From the NCBI GenBank assembly GCA_023213395.1, contig CM041465.1:150109741-150173740 (forward strand): DNA of 64,000 bases, in the 5' to 3' direction. Position numbers and translations under genes: made by a program. Origin of the DNA: Cycas panzhihuaensis. Lineage: Eukaryota; Plantae; Cycadophyta. Positions 25,542 through 37,868 of this stretch are shown piece by piece. The number at the start of each line of letters is the position of its first letter. Within the stretch, counting starts at the first letter, position 1. The notes beneath the pieces were generated by a model. It was not told the DNA's origin. It was given only the letters and a program-made list of their open reading frames with translations, and made no database searches.

Positions 25542-28500
25542 ACCCACTAAATCTGTAAAAAAATTCATGACTAAAGTACAAGACATAGTAAATTAAATGA
25601 GGTCTCTTAGATATGCCCTTACAGAATAAAGGGTAGTTGAAAGAATCCTTAGATATGTTGGTATGGTTAGATGCTTTGAAATGGTTGCCTAAGTGTCTCA
25701 AAAGATTTAAGCACATTAAAAGTGGAACAACTTAGTGATATGCTTATGTCTATAGAGGAACAACAAAGTGCCAATGAGTCCCTTGAGTATGCCTTTACCA
25801 CAAAGGCTCATATCCAATCCAACTCTCAAGCAGAAACTTTAAGATCAAAAGAATCACCTCTAAGAAGAAGGGTTGGGAACCCTAGAAGAGAAGCTAGGTA
25901 AGATCCTCCAAAATATCAAGCCCCTCATCAAAGGAAGCAAGGAGGACACCAATAGAATGATAATCCTCCTAGTTATACAAATCAAAGGAGACAGTTTGAA
26001 AGTCATACTTGTTATCCTAATTATCAAAGAAATCCTTAATCTTAAAGGTCAAATCAATAATACTATGACAATAGACCAAGAGGCAACCCTCCTTAACCTT
26101 ATAAGGGAAGGGAGAGATCCTCCCATATTGATTAATCTCATCCAGAAAGTACGAGCCTAACATATTGCCATAGAAGTGGCCATAATAAAGATAAATGTTT
26201 CTCAAAATATGGACCACCCACTATAGGATATACCCATAATACCTCTGAGTCAAATGATAATAACATGTTATTTCTATTTAGTTTTGTTGCTAAGGAGGAA
26301 GAAGATAATAGTTGGTACATTAATTCAGGATGTTCAACTCATATGACATATAAAGAGCACATGTTTCATACTTTGGATAAAAATAGAAAAGGATCAATTA
26401 TATTTGGAGATAATACCTCCCATGAATCAATTGGGAGAGATAATATAGCCTTGATGATAGATATAGAAAAATATAGGCATCTAGATGATGTATTGTATGT
26501 CCCAATGCTAAGGAAAAACTTATTATCAGTAGGGCAGATGATGGAACAGGACTGCATAGTCTTTTTTGACAATGGTAAGTGTATTATAAAAGACAAAAAG
26601 AGAAATAAAACTATCATTACCAAAGGGAAAATGATCAAGGATCACTTATTCAAACTTATACTTACTCCTTCAGACACATGTATCCTAAGAACTTCAGCTA
26701 ACTTGGATAGTGAGTTGTGGCATAAAAGGTTTGTCTATTTCAATTACAATAGTTTGACCCTTATGAAACAGATGGATATGGTCAATGGTTTACCACATAT
26801 TAATGTAAATAAAAACTTATGTAAAGGGTGTCTTCTTGATAAACACCATAGAGAAAGCTTTCTAGATTATAATCATCGAGTGTTGGGTCCTCTCTAATTA
26901 GTATACATAGATATTTGTGGCCCTATGAACACTCCTTCACTAGTAGGTACAAAATACTTCATCACTTTCATCGATGACTTCATAAGGAAGACATGGGTAT
27001 TCTTTCTCAAGTATAAATTATATGCCTTCCAACACTTTATTGACTTCAAAACCTTTGTGGAGCGATAAAGTGGATTCAAACTTTTATCCCTAAGATCAGA
27101 TAATAGGGGGGGTTTACCTCCAATACATTCAAAGATTATTGTGTACACCATGGAATTAGAAGATAGTTCACTAATCCCTACACCTCACAATAAAATAGTG
27201 TAGCAGAGAGGAAAAATTACACTATCATCGAAATGGTAAGGTGTATGCTTAAGTACAAGAATTTGAGCCATGAGTTTTGGGCTGAAGTAGTTCACACAAC
27301 CGTTTATTTACTCAATAGATTCTCTATTAAAGCCCTTAGGTGGAGAACTCTAGAAGAAGCTTGGACTAGTTATAAACCAAGCATTCATCATCTCAGAGTA
27401 TTTGGATGTCTTTCCTATGCTTACACTCCTTATTAATGAAGATCAAAATTAAATGACCATAGCATCAAATGTATCTTCATTGGATATAGTGAAACTTTTA
27501 AGTCATACAATGTATATGATCCCAAATTAAGAAAAGTCATGTTGAGTAGGAATGTTAAGTTTTAGGAAGATACCTACTATCAAGATAATCAAGAAAAGAA
27601 AAAGGAGGTTGTAATAAAGTTTGATATATCTTCTAAGACCAAATATATGCCTCCTATGTTTGATTCTAGGAGAAGCATCCATGAACCTAGTGGGAAGGGA
27701 ACTTCATCTCAACCTCCACTATAAAACCTACCAAAATGGGTTCATCAAAATTATGACTTGGGCAACATCTTGGATAATAATCAAAGTTCCACATGCTCAC
27801 ATAAGGTTAAATTTTCCCTAGTGAGCAGGGTATTAGAGACTTATAAGCCTCAAACCTTTGCTAAGGCTAATCAACATGAATATTAAAAAAAACCTATAGA
27901 AGATGAATACAACTCCATTGTTAAGAATGACATATGGGAGCTAGTTGACTTACCCCTAAAGAAAAAGGCTATTGGTACAAAATGGGTCTATAAGACCAAG
28001 TTTCACTTAGATGGCTCCATTGATAAGTATAAGGCTAGATTGGTTACAAAGGGATATGCTCAAAAAGAAGGCATAGAGTATACTAAAACTTTTGCCCCTG
28101 TTCCTCGAGTAGAATCTATTTAAATGATGATGAGTCTAGCAGCCCAAATGGGTTGGAAAGTTTACCAAATGGATGTCAAAAGTGTCTTCCTCAATGGCTA
28201 CATTAAAGAAGACATCTATGTCACTCAACCTCTCACTTTTTAAGTCAAGGGGGAAAGAGAACAAAGTGTTTAAACTAAAAAAGGCACTCTATAGTCTAAA
28301 ACAAGCACCTAGGGCTTGGTATTCCCACATAGATAAATATTTCAGAGATCAAGGGTTTGAAAGATCTCAGGTAGATCCTAACTTGTTATCCAAATCAAGG
28401 GAAGTTCAATCTTAATTATATATCTTTATGTGTATGACCTTGTATATACTAGAAATGACTCTCATCTCTTGCATTAATTCAAAGATGCTATGTGTAAAGA

Positions 28501-29365
28501 ATTCAAGATGACAGATTTAGGTCTTATATATTACTTCCTAAGACTAGAAGTCTGGCAAGACAATAATAGAATTTTTATCTCCCAACATAAATATACCTTG
28601 GACCTTCTACAAAAGTTCATAATGATAGATTACAAACCATTGGAAACCCTAGCTAAAACATGACTTAAACTTTCTAAGATAGATGACTCTACTTCAGTTG
28701 ATCTAACACTCTACAGACAACTTATTGGAAGTTTGATATATTTAACGTCTACCCAACCAGATATAACATACTTAATTAGTGTTGTATCTAGGTTCATGTA
28801 AGATCTAAAGACCTCTCACTGGCAAACAACTAAGAGAATCCTTAGATATCTCAAAGGAACTCTAGATTATGGGCTATACTATAAAACTTCCTCAAAATTT
28901 TAGTTGATTAGTTATACAGATTTAGATTGGGCAAGAGATGTTGATGACAAAAAATCCACAATAGGTTATATATTTAGTATGGGATTAGTAGCAATAACAT
29001 GCAGTACAAAGAAGTAGAACATAATTTCCTTATCCATAATTGAGGTAGAATATAAAGCGACAGTAGCAGGTGCATGTGAATTAGTTTAGTTGAGAAGACT
29101 ATTACAGGATTTCCAGCTTAAACAATAAGGTCCCACTAGAATTTGGTGTGATAATCAGAGCACCATCCAAATGGAAAAGAATCTAGTCTTCCATGGTAGA
29201 ATGAAACACATTGAGACTCAACACCATTTCATTTAGGAACTAGTACATGAAGAAGAAATTGAGTTGGCCTATTGCAATACTCAAGAATAGACAGTAGATA
29301 TATTTATAAAGGCTTTGGGAAAAGTCAAATTCTAGAAATTTAGAGAAAGTTTAGGAGTCATTCAT
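25542..29365 (+). pseudogene. Copia-5 gag-pol lacking the gag N-terminus
   Basis: ORF 26265-26897 (WYINSGCSTHMT protease, LWHKRF); LVYIDICGPM; YKARLVTKGYAQKEG; QMDVKSVFLNG; FHGRMKHIETQHHFI. Confidence 0.93.
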
Positions 29366-29386
29366 ATTAGGCATTATGGGGTAGAA

Positions 29387-29720
29387 TGTTGGGATAACCC
29401 CCAAGATGCCTAAGGAGATGTGCACCTAGGGCCCTTCAAAGCCACCTTTGGGGCTCCCTAGGGTACCTAGAGCCACTAAGAGCCAATGTATCATCCTTAA
29501 GGTATGTGCTTCATTATTTAATTATATTTTTAATATTATTTTAAATTATTTTAGTTAATGTGCAGGTTGAGTTGAGGTGCTTTCTGCCTTCCCAAATTTC
29601 CTATACATGGATTGGGAATACCTCCCTGGTGTTTTTTAATACCATCATTAATTCAAAGATTAATGTTAACACAAGATGCACTCATCATTGTAGTCCCACT
29701 CTGTACCTCTGCATCATTCA
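29387..29720 (+). repeat. Copia-5 3' LTR (334 bp)
   Basis: TG...CA termini; preceded by PPT-like TTATGGGGTAGAA; followed by the TSD. Confidence 0.9.
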
Positions 29721-29725
29721 AGAAA

Positions 29726-30480
29726 TTCAACATGAGTAAATACAAGTCAAGTTTTACTCGTGTTAAACTCAGGTTAAAGTTAAGTAAAAATAAAGATTCT
29801 GTTTTAGTTGATCCTACTCTATATTGTCAATTGATAGGAAACCTAATTTACTTAACCAATACTTGACCAAACATTACATATGTAATGAACTCAACTTTGA
29901 CATACATGTCAAAACTAGAGGAAGAATACTAGAAAGTAGTAAAGAGGATCCTAAAATACATGAGAGGAACTTTAAACTATGGACTTTGGTATACTCCATT
30001 AAAAGAATTCAAGTTGAATAGATATTTAGATATAAACTAGGTAGGTGATATTGGAGATAGAAAATTAATTTTATGATATATATTTAATGTTGTTTCAAAA
30101 TCAATATCATGGAATGTAAAGAAATATCTATCAACTTTTTTATCCACAATAGAAGCAAAATATAAAGTAATTGAGTTACCAAGAAGACAAGTAATTTATC
30201 TTAGAAGAATTCTTAAAGACTTTAATAAACCTCAATAGGAACTAATAATGATCTATTGTGATAATCAATGTATAATCTAAATGACTATAAATCTAGTTAT
30301 ACATAGCAAAATAAAGCATAGAGACATCAAACATCACTACATTAGAGAACTCATTTAGAATTAATAAGTTCAACTTTACAACTATAAAACAAAAGACCAA
30401 GTTATAAATATTCTCACTAAGGTATTATCAAAGGATAAATATCTCCATCTTAGACATAATTTAGGTATACATCCAAACAT
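29726..30480 (+). pseudogene. Copia-4 pol part 2 (RT end, RNase H)
   Basis: VDPTLYCQLIGNLIYLTNT; KRILKYMRGTLNYGL; HSKIKHRDIKHHYIREL. Confidence 0.9.
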
Positions 30481-30494
30481 ACATTATGGAGGAG

Positions 30495-30771
30495 TATTAG
30501 AAGATAATGCACATTCAATAGAATTAACTAAGTAAAAGGTCACATGTGATTGGTCAATATAAAGGCCAAATATAATTGATTGCAATTAAGGCATATATGC
30601 TCACAATATAACTATAAGTATACCTACATGGTGAGATGTATGATTGATTGAAATATGATCAAATATTGAGATATGATTATGATTATAATATGTTGAGCTC
30701 TATTATGGAATTACTTTGGTATTATTCTATTGATCCTGGTTATGTTATTCTATGTGATCATATTTCTAATA
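30495..30771 (+). repeat. Copia-4 3' LTR (277 bp)
   Basis: Homologous to 19784-20058; followed by the TSD. Confidence 0.9.
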
Positions 30772-30776
30772 AGTAG

Positions 30777-31525
30777 CTCTACTCACTTCTACCACTAGAG
30801 ATGTCATCACAACCCTTATTTTTCACCACATTATATACTACTTTTGTGTTCTTGATATTATCATTACTAATAATGGAATCCCTTTTTGTAACAAAGATGT
30901 TGATGAGTTGTGTGATAAGTTTTCTATCACTTAATAGACCTCATCCCCCTATTATCCCTAATTAAGTGGGTAAATAGAGGCCTTTAATAAGTCATTGGCT
31001 AAAACCTTAGCCAAAATTATCTCAACCTCTCAAAAAAATTAGCATACCTTAATCTTTCTAGTGCTTTGGGCCTATCATACATCCATTCACAATGCCATGA
31101 GGATGACCCCTTTTTATGCTTGTGTATGGTATCAAGATTACCTTACCACACAAGTTTGAGGTATAGTCACTTTACATCTCCCATAAAGAGTTCATTAATA
31201 ATAAGTGGTTGTGCCAGGCTTCCCTACTTAAGTTAGAACAACTTAATGAGATGTGATTTTATGCCTACCAAACTAATATCTCTTCTAAAAAGAAGGTACA
31301 ATATAAATATGATAAGAACCTATGACCCCACAAATTCAAAGTTAGGGACCAGGTGCTTACATTAGATTATCTCCATAAGAAATAACATAAGTTTACACAA
31401 AAGTATGTCAGTCCCTTTCTTATAATTAAATATATTAATAATAGAGCTTATCAAATTTTCATAATGGATGGGAGTAAACTTGAGAATCTAACTAACTCTT
31501 AGTTCCTCTACTTATACTATGTATA
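30777..31525 (+). pseudogene. Tat host integrase core and GPY/F module
   Basis: IITNNGIPF, SSPYYP*LSG*IEAFNKSL, LWAYHTSIH...TPF, KFKVRDQVL, KFTQKYVSPFLI...AYQI. Confidence 0.88.
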
Positions 31526-32307
31526 TCTCCCTACCTTTCACACTCTGTAATAAGCTTAAACTATGACATACTCTAAAATAAATATAAACTCCATGTATAT
31601 CCTTTCAGCCATGATTATTTTCTAGGTCTGCCTTTAGTTTCCTATGTCTTTGGTATTTTGACTTTCTAAGACCAGTATTTAAAGCAATAAATAAGAACTG
31701 AGTTATATTTGTAGAAAGAAAAGAATTACTTTAAGAAGATGATGGAAGATTATGTTGATAGTTTTCTTAATGTCTTTATGGATGAAGGACCCTGATTACT
31801 ATAATATCCTAGTTGTTCCCCTTGATAAAAGATCCCTTCAATTATTTTTCTAAGAGATATAATTATCTAGAAGAAGCATCATTTGGGTGAATGTTAGTAG
31901 GTTATTCACAATGTTAATGGATACTTGTATGACATTTATTAGGCACTATAAATATAATCCTATTTTTCCTCTCACAAGAAAGGTTAGAGTAGGGTCTAAG
32001 GGATGCTTATTATATTGTGTGTTATATCCTCTAAATGATTACTTTAGTGCTCATTTATAGTAGTTAGTTTTTAATATAGGAGGAATGCCCCTTATGGTTT
32101 TCCAAAGTAATTTTCTTAGTTCTACTGATGCAACCTAGCCACTCTTTATTACTTTACACCTTCTTTTAGAGATTTATTCCTTATTAAGAATGTCATGTCT
32201 CTCACACTTGTTAAACATATTGGTTAATCTTCACTATATAGAGGGATAAAGAGAAGAAATAAGATTAATCATTCACACATCCATCATAAAATAAATACAA
32301 AAGATGG

Positions 32308-32336
32308 ATCTCTCTCTCTCTCTCCCCCTATATATA

Positions 32337-32404
<68 letters not shown>
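32308..32404. repeat. Compound (TC)n/(TA)n microsatellite
   Basis: Short TC run followed by a long TA dinucleotide run. Confidence 0.97.
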
Positions 32405-32407
<3 letters not shown>

Positions 32408-33273
32408 AAAATAAATCATGTGTACAAAATGTTATATAGTCCTAACTTCCATGAGTGCCCATAAAGCTCTAAATAGATATAATGATCACTCCCAACAATA
32501 ATGAAGTGGATGTATAAACCCCTTAATACCCCCTATTCTCAATACCATCTCTTAAGCTTTTGTATTATGTGTGCTCTATGATGGACTAGCTCCATCTCTG
32601 TCACCCCTATTGCTCTATATACCTACCTTAGAAGCTATGGAAGGAAGAGGTCGACCCCTTGTGAAACATCTCATACTCTTTATCACTATGTGGTCCTCCT
32701 CCAAAATGGCATTCATGGCCCCCATATCCACTACCTACCTTTCAATCCCTCTCACTCATTCATCCAATGAATGAAACATCTCCCATGCTCTATAGATGGC
32801 TACTAAGTGGGATATATCATCCTTCTAAGGAATAACTTCCTTTAGACTTCATAATAGAGGATCACCTAGCCTCTAACTAATGGATAGGATTACATCTAAT
32901 CCTTAATGTATGGTCACATAGCTTACCATATCCTTCCCTATACAAAATCTAACTTTGATTATCCTCACATACTACTAAGAAGTAAATAATTATATACTTA
33001 ATTAAGAAACTTAAAAGTAAGTGGTAGGGTTTAAAGTTTTTCACCTATTATACCAGCTCCTCCTTAACCTCTAATACCATCTCCTCCTCCTCTAATTGGT
33101 GGTGTAATTAGCGGTTGATTTCCCTCTCCCTAACCCTCTCCATCACCTCTACCTTATGGGGGGGCCCTCCAACCCCATCTTGACCACCTTGGCCACCTCC
33201 TTTATTATCATCCACATTATCTAATACCTAAGCAATCATAACATATGGATACTCTAATAAATTTGATTATATA

Positions 33274-33601
33274 TATAGTGATCCTAATAAATTAAAGAGA
33301 CTTTGGTATTTTATTAGAAGTCAGTTTCATTACCATTATTATGTATTTAGCATTGTAAATTAATATGAAGTCTTTTTTATATTAGGAAGCTTGTATTTTA
33401 TTATTGATATTACTATTGAAATCCATTTTTTTAATAGGAAGTAACATTAGCATGTATAAATAAGGAACACCACTAATTTATTATATACATTTTATTTTTA
33501 GATTAATCCTAATTTTATCTAGCACTTTATGCCTATGACAATTTTGCTTATTTAACTTTCTTTTGTACTTAAAGAAGTAGATCTAATTTAGGATCACACT
33601 A
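33274..33601 (+). repeat. LTR (~328 bp) followed by a partial PBS-like sequence
   Basis: TATAGTGATCC...TTAGGATCACACTA; homologous in inverted orientation to 34521-34848 (shared TATAAATAAGGAA..C..CTAATT.ATTATATA); followed by AGTTGTATC. Confidence 0.7.
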
Positions 33602-33611
33602 AGTTGTATCT

Positions 33612-34848
33612 TGAAGTGATCCTAAATTGGATTCAATTCCTCTTGATATTTATTCTTGAAGTTTATAAATTCTTCACTTGTGTAGTCTCTCTAAGATTCA
33701 AACCATCTCTTTATAATTTTTTCTTCAAACTTTATAAGAAAAGCTTATAAGAAATGTTCTCAATTACAATAGTAATCTAAAAGTCTTTTAGTGGCCTAGT
33801 CCTAAGATTCTTCACCTATATATTCTTAAATATAAGAGGAAAATAGCCTTCTTACCATGTGGGAATAAATATTAAAGCCCTTTTCTACCTTATCTGACCA
33901 CTTTATAGCTTGTACTCCTCTATCTTTGGTAAAAATAGAAATATCGAGCTCTAACTTTAGATATTAAGTTTAAATAATAATTGTTATATTAAATTAGAGC
34001 TAAAATACATCAAATAATAGCTCAAAATGATGTCATCTAAATCAGGATTCTAATGATCTAGATAAAATAAATTCTAATACTTATAGTAGAAGTTCTAGCC
34101 TCTTTAAGGTGGGTTATGATAAGGGTTTTTACGAACTATAATAATATCTATTACTAAAATATTAATAATATTTTTCTCTGATATCTAATGGATCTAGAAT
34201 CATTTTGAATAGAAAGTAGCTTTCAAAGTGCATAGTATCAAAAAATAATTAAGGTTAATTAGGACCTTATAGCTAAAGTTATGGATATTTTAAATTGTAG
34301 TAACAGATTTTAGGTCCCAAAGATGATGACAAATAGCAGGTTGAAATTAAATTTCTTGTAATTTTCATAATTTTACTTCAAAAGCTATAGTATAACCACT
34401 CAAAATTTATAGAAAAAGCTTGATCAACTCAAATTTTATATTATTTTTTTGAAATTCTTATATTTATACTTAAAAAAATGTAAATCCTTAATAGGCCAAA
34501 AATGAAGCTCTAATACTACTTGAAGTGGTCCTAAATTGGATCTCCTTCTTTAAACACAAAAGAAAGGTGAAATAAAAGTTGAATAAAAAAAAAAAAAATT
34601 CAAGCACTAAGTGCAAAATAAAATTAGAATTAACCTAAAAATAAAACTTATATAATGAATTAGGGGTCTTCCTTATTTATAGGTGTCAGTATGACTCTCT
34701 ATTAAAAAGTTAACTTTAATAATAACATTAATAATAAACTACTAACTTCATAATATAAAAGACTAACTTTATATTAAGTTAAAAATACCATCACCCTAAT
34801 AATAATAATAGAATATAAAATTCTCCTGAATGGATTAAGATCACTATA
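33612..34848 (-). mobile_element. Short deleted LTR element: 5' LTR 34521-34848, PBS 34507-34518, leader, gag remnant, ~22-bp 3' LTR end
   Basis: PBS TAGTATTAGAGC on minus; 33612-33633 repeats the LTR end TGAAGTG(A/G)TCCTAAATTGGAT; leader ~33950-34500 homologous to ~18430-19080; minus-strand KRWFES.RDYTSEEF gag-like motif ~33665-33715. Confidence 0.72.
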
Positions 34849-35073
34849 GTGTAGTTGTATCTAAGGATGACACCCCCATATATCTCACTATGCTTTCTTT
34901 AGGGCACCTTCATGTTGACCTCACCATATACTTGTTCATTATTAGCTTATCTCTCCTTAAGTTTTCATCATCCCTTGAGGGCATACTATGCTTAGATGAT
35001 TAAACAACTAATCCTAAAGTATATAATAATATGAAATCCCTCTTTCATCATGTTGTCTGATAATAATTAATTG

Positions 35074-35076
<3 letters not shown>

Positions 35077-35113
<37 letters not shown>
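35077..35113. repeat. (AT)n microsatellite
   Basis: Direct reading. Confidence 0.95.
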
Positions 35114-35115
<2 letters not shown>

Positions 35116-35861
35116 GAGTAGGGACTAATTATACCTCACTTCCCTCTTACACCTCATAATCACTAGGATCTAACTACTTGGAATGTTAGTGTAGTTATAC
35201 CAACTAAAGATATGAAACATGGTTACTAAAGATAAAATTCTATACCCTAGAGGTATCTCATCTATTCCTCACATGACCTAAAGGTATGCCTCATTATGGA
35301 CACAATGATCTATAAAAGTACTTAAATATATACATGCTTGATTTGAAGCCCTGTTTGTTGGCATGATAGTAATCCTAACCCTCCTTCCTCAGTAAAACAA
35401 AATCTTAGGTTCTTCCTAATATCACTTAGGATAATACGTAAGTCCCATTTCCCTCTCAATCAAAAGTTATTAGCCTTAGGACCTAGTGGCTAATTAAGTT
35501 TATTATAACCTAGTATATGTGGCCAATGGATTGGAAAACTAATCTCTCAACACCTCACACCTCTACAACATTGTTCTATTCCTGTTAGTCAAACTATCTC
35601 TAATCTCATAAAATATATTTCCATCATTATCCCATAATCTAATATGTTGAAGTCTTTGTAAGTTTAAAACTATAAGAAAGTGATTAGTCCTAATAAAAGA
35701 ACATTCATTATAACTTTTATAGATTTTAATCTATTAAAATTTTGCCTTTAAAATCTTAAATTTTAGTCCAAATTTTTTTTTCTTAATTTGGCAATATGCC
35801 TTTATTAAATTATAATTAGCCCCATCAAATTTAGAGTGATCTTACCACTAATTTTGACAAA

Positions 35862-35915
35862 ACTACCAAATTTCTTAGTGGCACTACCAAATTTCTTAGT
35901 GGTACTACCAAATTT
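35862..35915. repeat. 21-bp tandem repeat ACTACCAAATTTCTTAGTGG(C/T), ~2.6 copies
   Basis: Direct reading. Confidence 0.9.
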
Positions 35916-37482
35916 ATAATAATATCAAGGATTTAGTGGTTGCTTGTTGAATTTTTATAGATTGATACTGCCAAAACATAAAATACGTTGCAAAGAATAT
36001 CAAATTAAAAATTATCGAAGAGTTTTCAATGGTCAAAATTCTTTGTATAATCACATTAAGCTTTACCACCCTTGATTTAGAAGATGCTAGGATATATTTT
36101 CTCTTTATTTAACTGATTTCAATGAATTCTAATATTAAAAGTCCCCTTCTAGAAACCCTGTTCTACTTTTACTAAAAGTAAAAGATTTCAACCATTAAAA
36201 CTCATTGGATAAGCTTATGGAGCATCCATAACCTCGTTACCTATGTGTAGGAAATCACAACTTATTAAATAGGTCTTTTGATCTTTTATAACAAGTAAAA
36301 CTCTATCATAGGTGGTTTCACTTAGAAAAGGGTTTAATAAAAATCAATAGCTTTCTTCCATTTTTATAGTATTTTTTACCTTTCATCTATTACTTAATGC
36401 CTATTTCTTATACTATTTCTTTCATATGATCTTTTTTTTTATATTGTATTATCTTTTGTAAGCTTTATGGCTTATTTGGTCTTGCTTAGCAATGATAATG
36501 CAGTTTTAAGGCTTACATACCCTTGTTTATAAGTCCCTTTTTATTTTAAAAAGCTTCCTAAGTTTACCTATCATTACAAATATTCCTTTATTATTATTAT
36601 TATTTAACTCATTATGACATGCCACTATTACTTAGTATATTTCACTCTCTTCTGTCATAATGGATGTAAGTCAACCTCACTTTTGTTGTCCTTCCATTTG
36701 GATTCTAATCACTTACTCATGGCACATTTCAACCTTTAGTTTCCCTCCTACTCTTTCATTATCTTACCCCTTCATCTGCATAATAGAACCATTATAAATC
36801 ACCATCATGCTTTATTTGTTCAAGAATTATTAGTTCTAGAAATCTTTATCATTTCCTTGGGTTAGTTAGGAGATCATACAATCTATCTATTCCATCAAAA
36901 TCACCAAGTGAATAGGGAATTCACTATATAATATGGCCTCTTTCCCAAATAATTACCATCATAGACCACTACCTTAGCATTTAATGTTGTTTGCATGATG
37001 ATCTCATCCCTACTTACCACTTAGTAGTGCAAGTCTAGGTCAAGTGCATCATGTAATAACTTTAGATCTTAGTTGTAAATAACTAATCTCCTTTAATAAT
37101 CAAAACCTATTTAATATTATAATATATATTCAAGTTTAAATATGAAGTATTAATAATCACTCTAATAATAGCATCTTAGAATCTAGGATACGTTATGTGA
37201 CAACCCCGTTTCCATCTATTGCTTAGTAGTTTAGATCTAAATAGTTTGTGACCTTTAGGACCTTTAGATTTAACACTACTTTAGCCTACTCTTCCATTGG
37301 TTATATTGAAACCTATTGTAGTTATCATCTCTTATACTTGAAAGACCTATAAATTCCCTTATTCTCTTACAATTCTAGCCAACATCTTTTTTCCTCAATC
37401 ATTTTCCATCCTCCTTCATCCATCTAGTAGTTCCTTAGTCCAACTCCCATGGGTTATGATTACATCCATGGTATTGGTCATC

Positions 37483-37868
37483 TATACAAATGGAAGAGTT
37501 AAGGAAACTTAGGGCCTTTCATTACTAGTTAGGTTATTAGAGCTACTTCTTGTCAGATTATCACAAGTATAGGGTTGTTTCTTCCCTTTGCTACAAATAA
37601 TCTAGTTAATTATATTATTATTACAAGTGTCCTTCAAGATGCAACCCATAACTAACTATCTCATAATATCCTTTGCATGAATTTCCTCTTGGTTATCCAC
37701 TAGTTACTTGACATCTATCAAACCCTTAGCCCTTAGCTTCATGTATTTATTAATTCAGTTAGGTGTGTGTTAGCACACTTTACACATGTATAAATTTACC
37801 ACATCTCTAGACCCTAAAATATTGAGGTCAATGGTCTTATTCATTGTATCCTTGCTTAATACCTTTAA
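37483..37868 (+). pseudogene. Additional RNase HI (aRH, RVT_3-like) of the Tat host, downstream of integrase
   Basis: With one frameshift it reads YTNGRVK.NLGPFITS*VIR...SIGLFLPFATNNLVNYIIITSVLQDA...MNFLLVIH*L.DIYQ...LAHFTHV*IYHISRP*NIEVNGL. This is a decayed YxDG..GNPG / TNNxAEY / DSxLV / HI.R..N.EAD RNase HI pattern with D>N changes expected from G>A. Confidence 0.85.

Larger units (their letters stand above)
25512..29720 (+). mobile_element. Ty1/copia element (Copia-5) nested in Copia-4 RT; 5' LTR reduced to 30 bp
   Basis: TSD AGAAA at 25507-25511 and 29721-29725. 25512-25541 matches the first 30 bp of the 3' LTR (29387-29720). Host RT resumes as KKFNMSKYK. Confidence 0.92.
19784..30771 (+). 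mobile_element. Ty1/copia element (Copia-4) containing nested Copia-5
   Basis: LTRs 19784-20058 and 30495-30771; TSD AGTGG (19779-19783) / AGTAG (30772-30776); PBS TGGTATCAGATC 20059-20070; PPT TTATGGAGGAG ~30484-30494. Confidence 0.93.
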
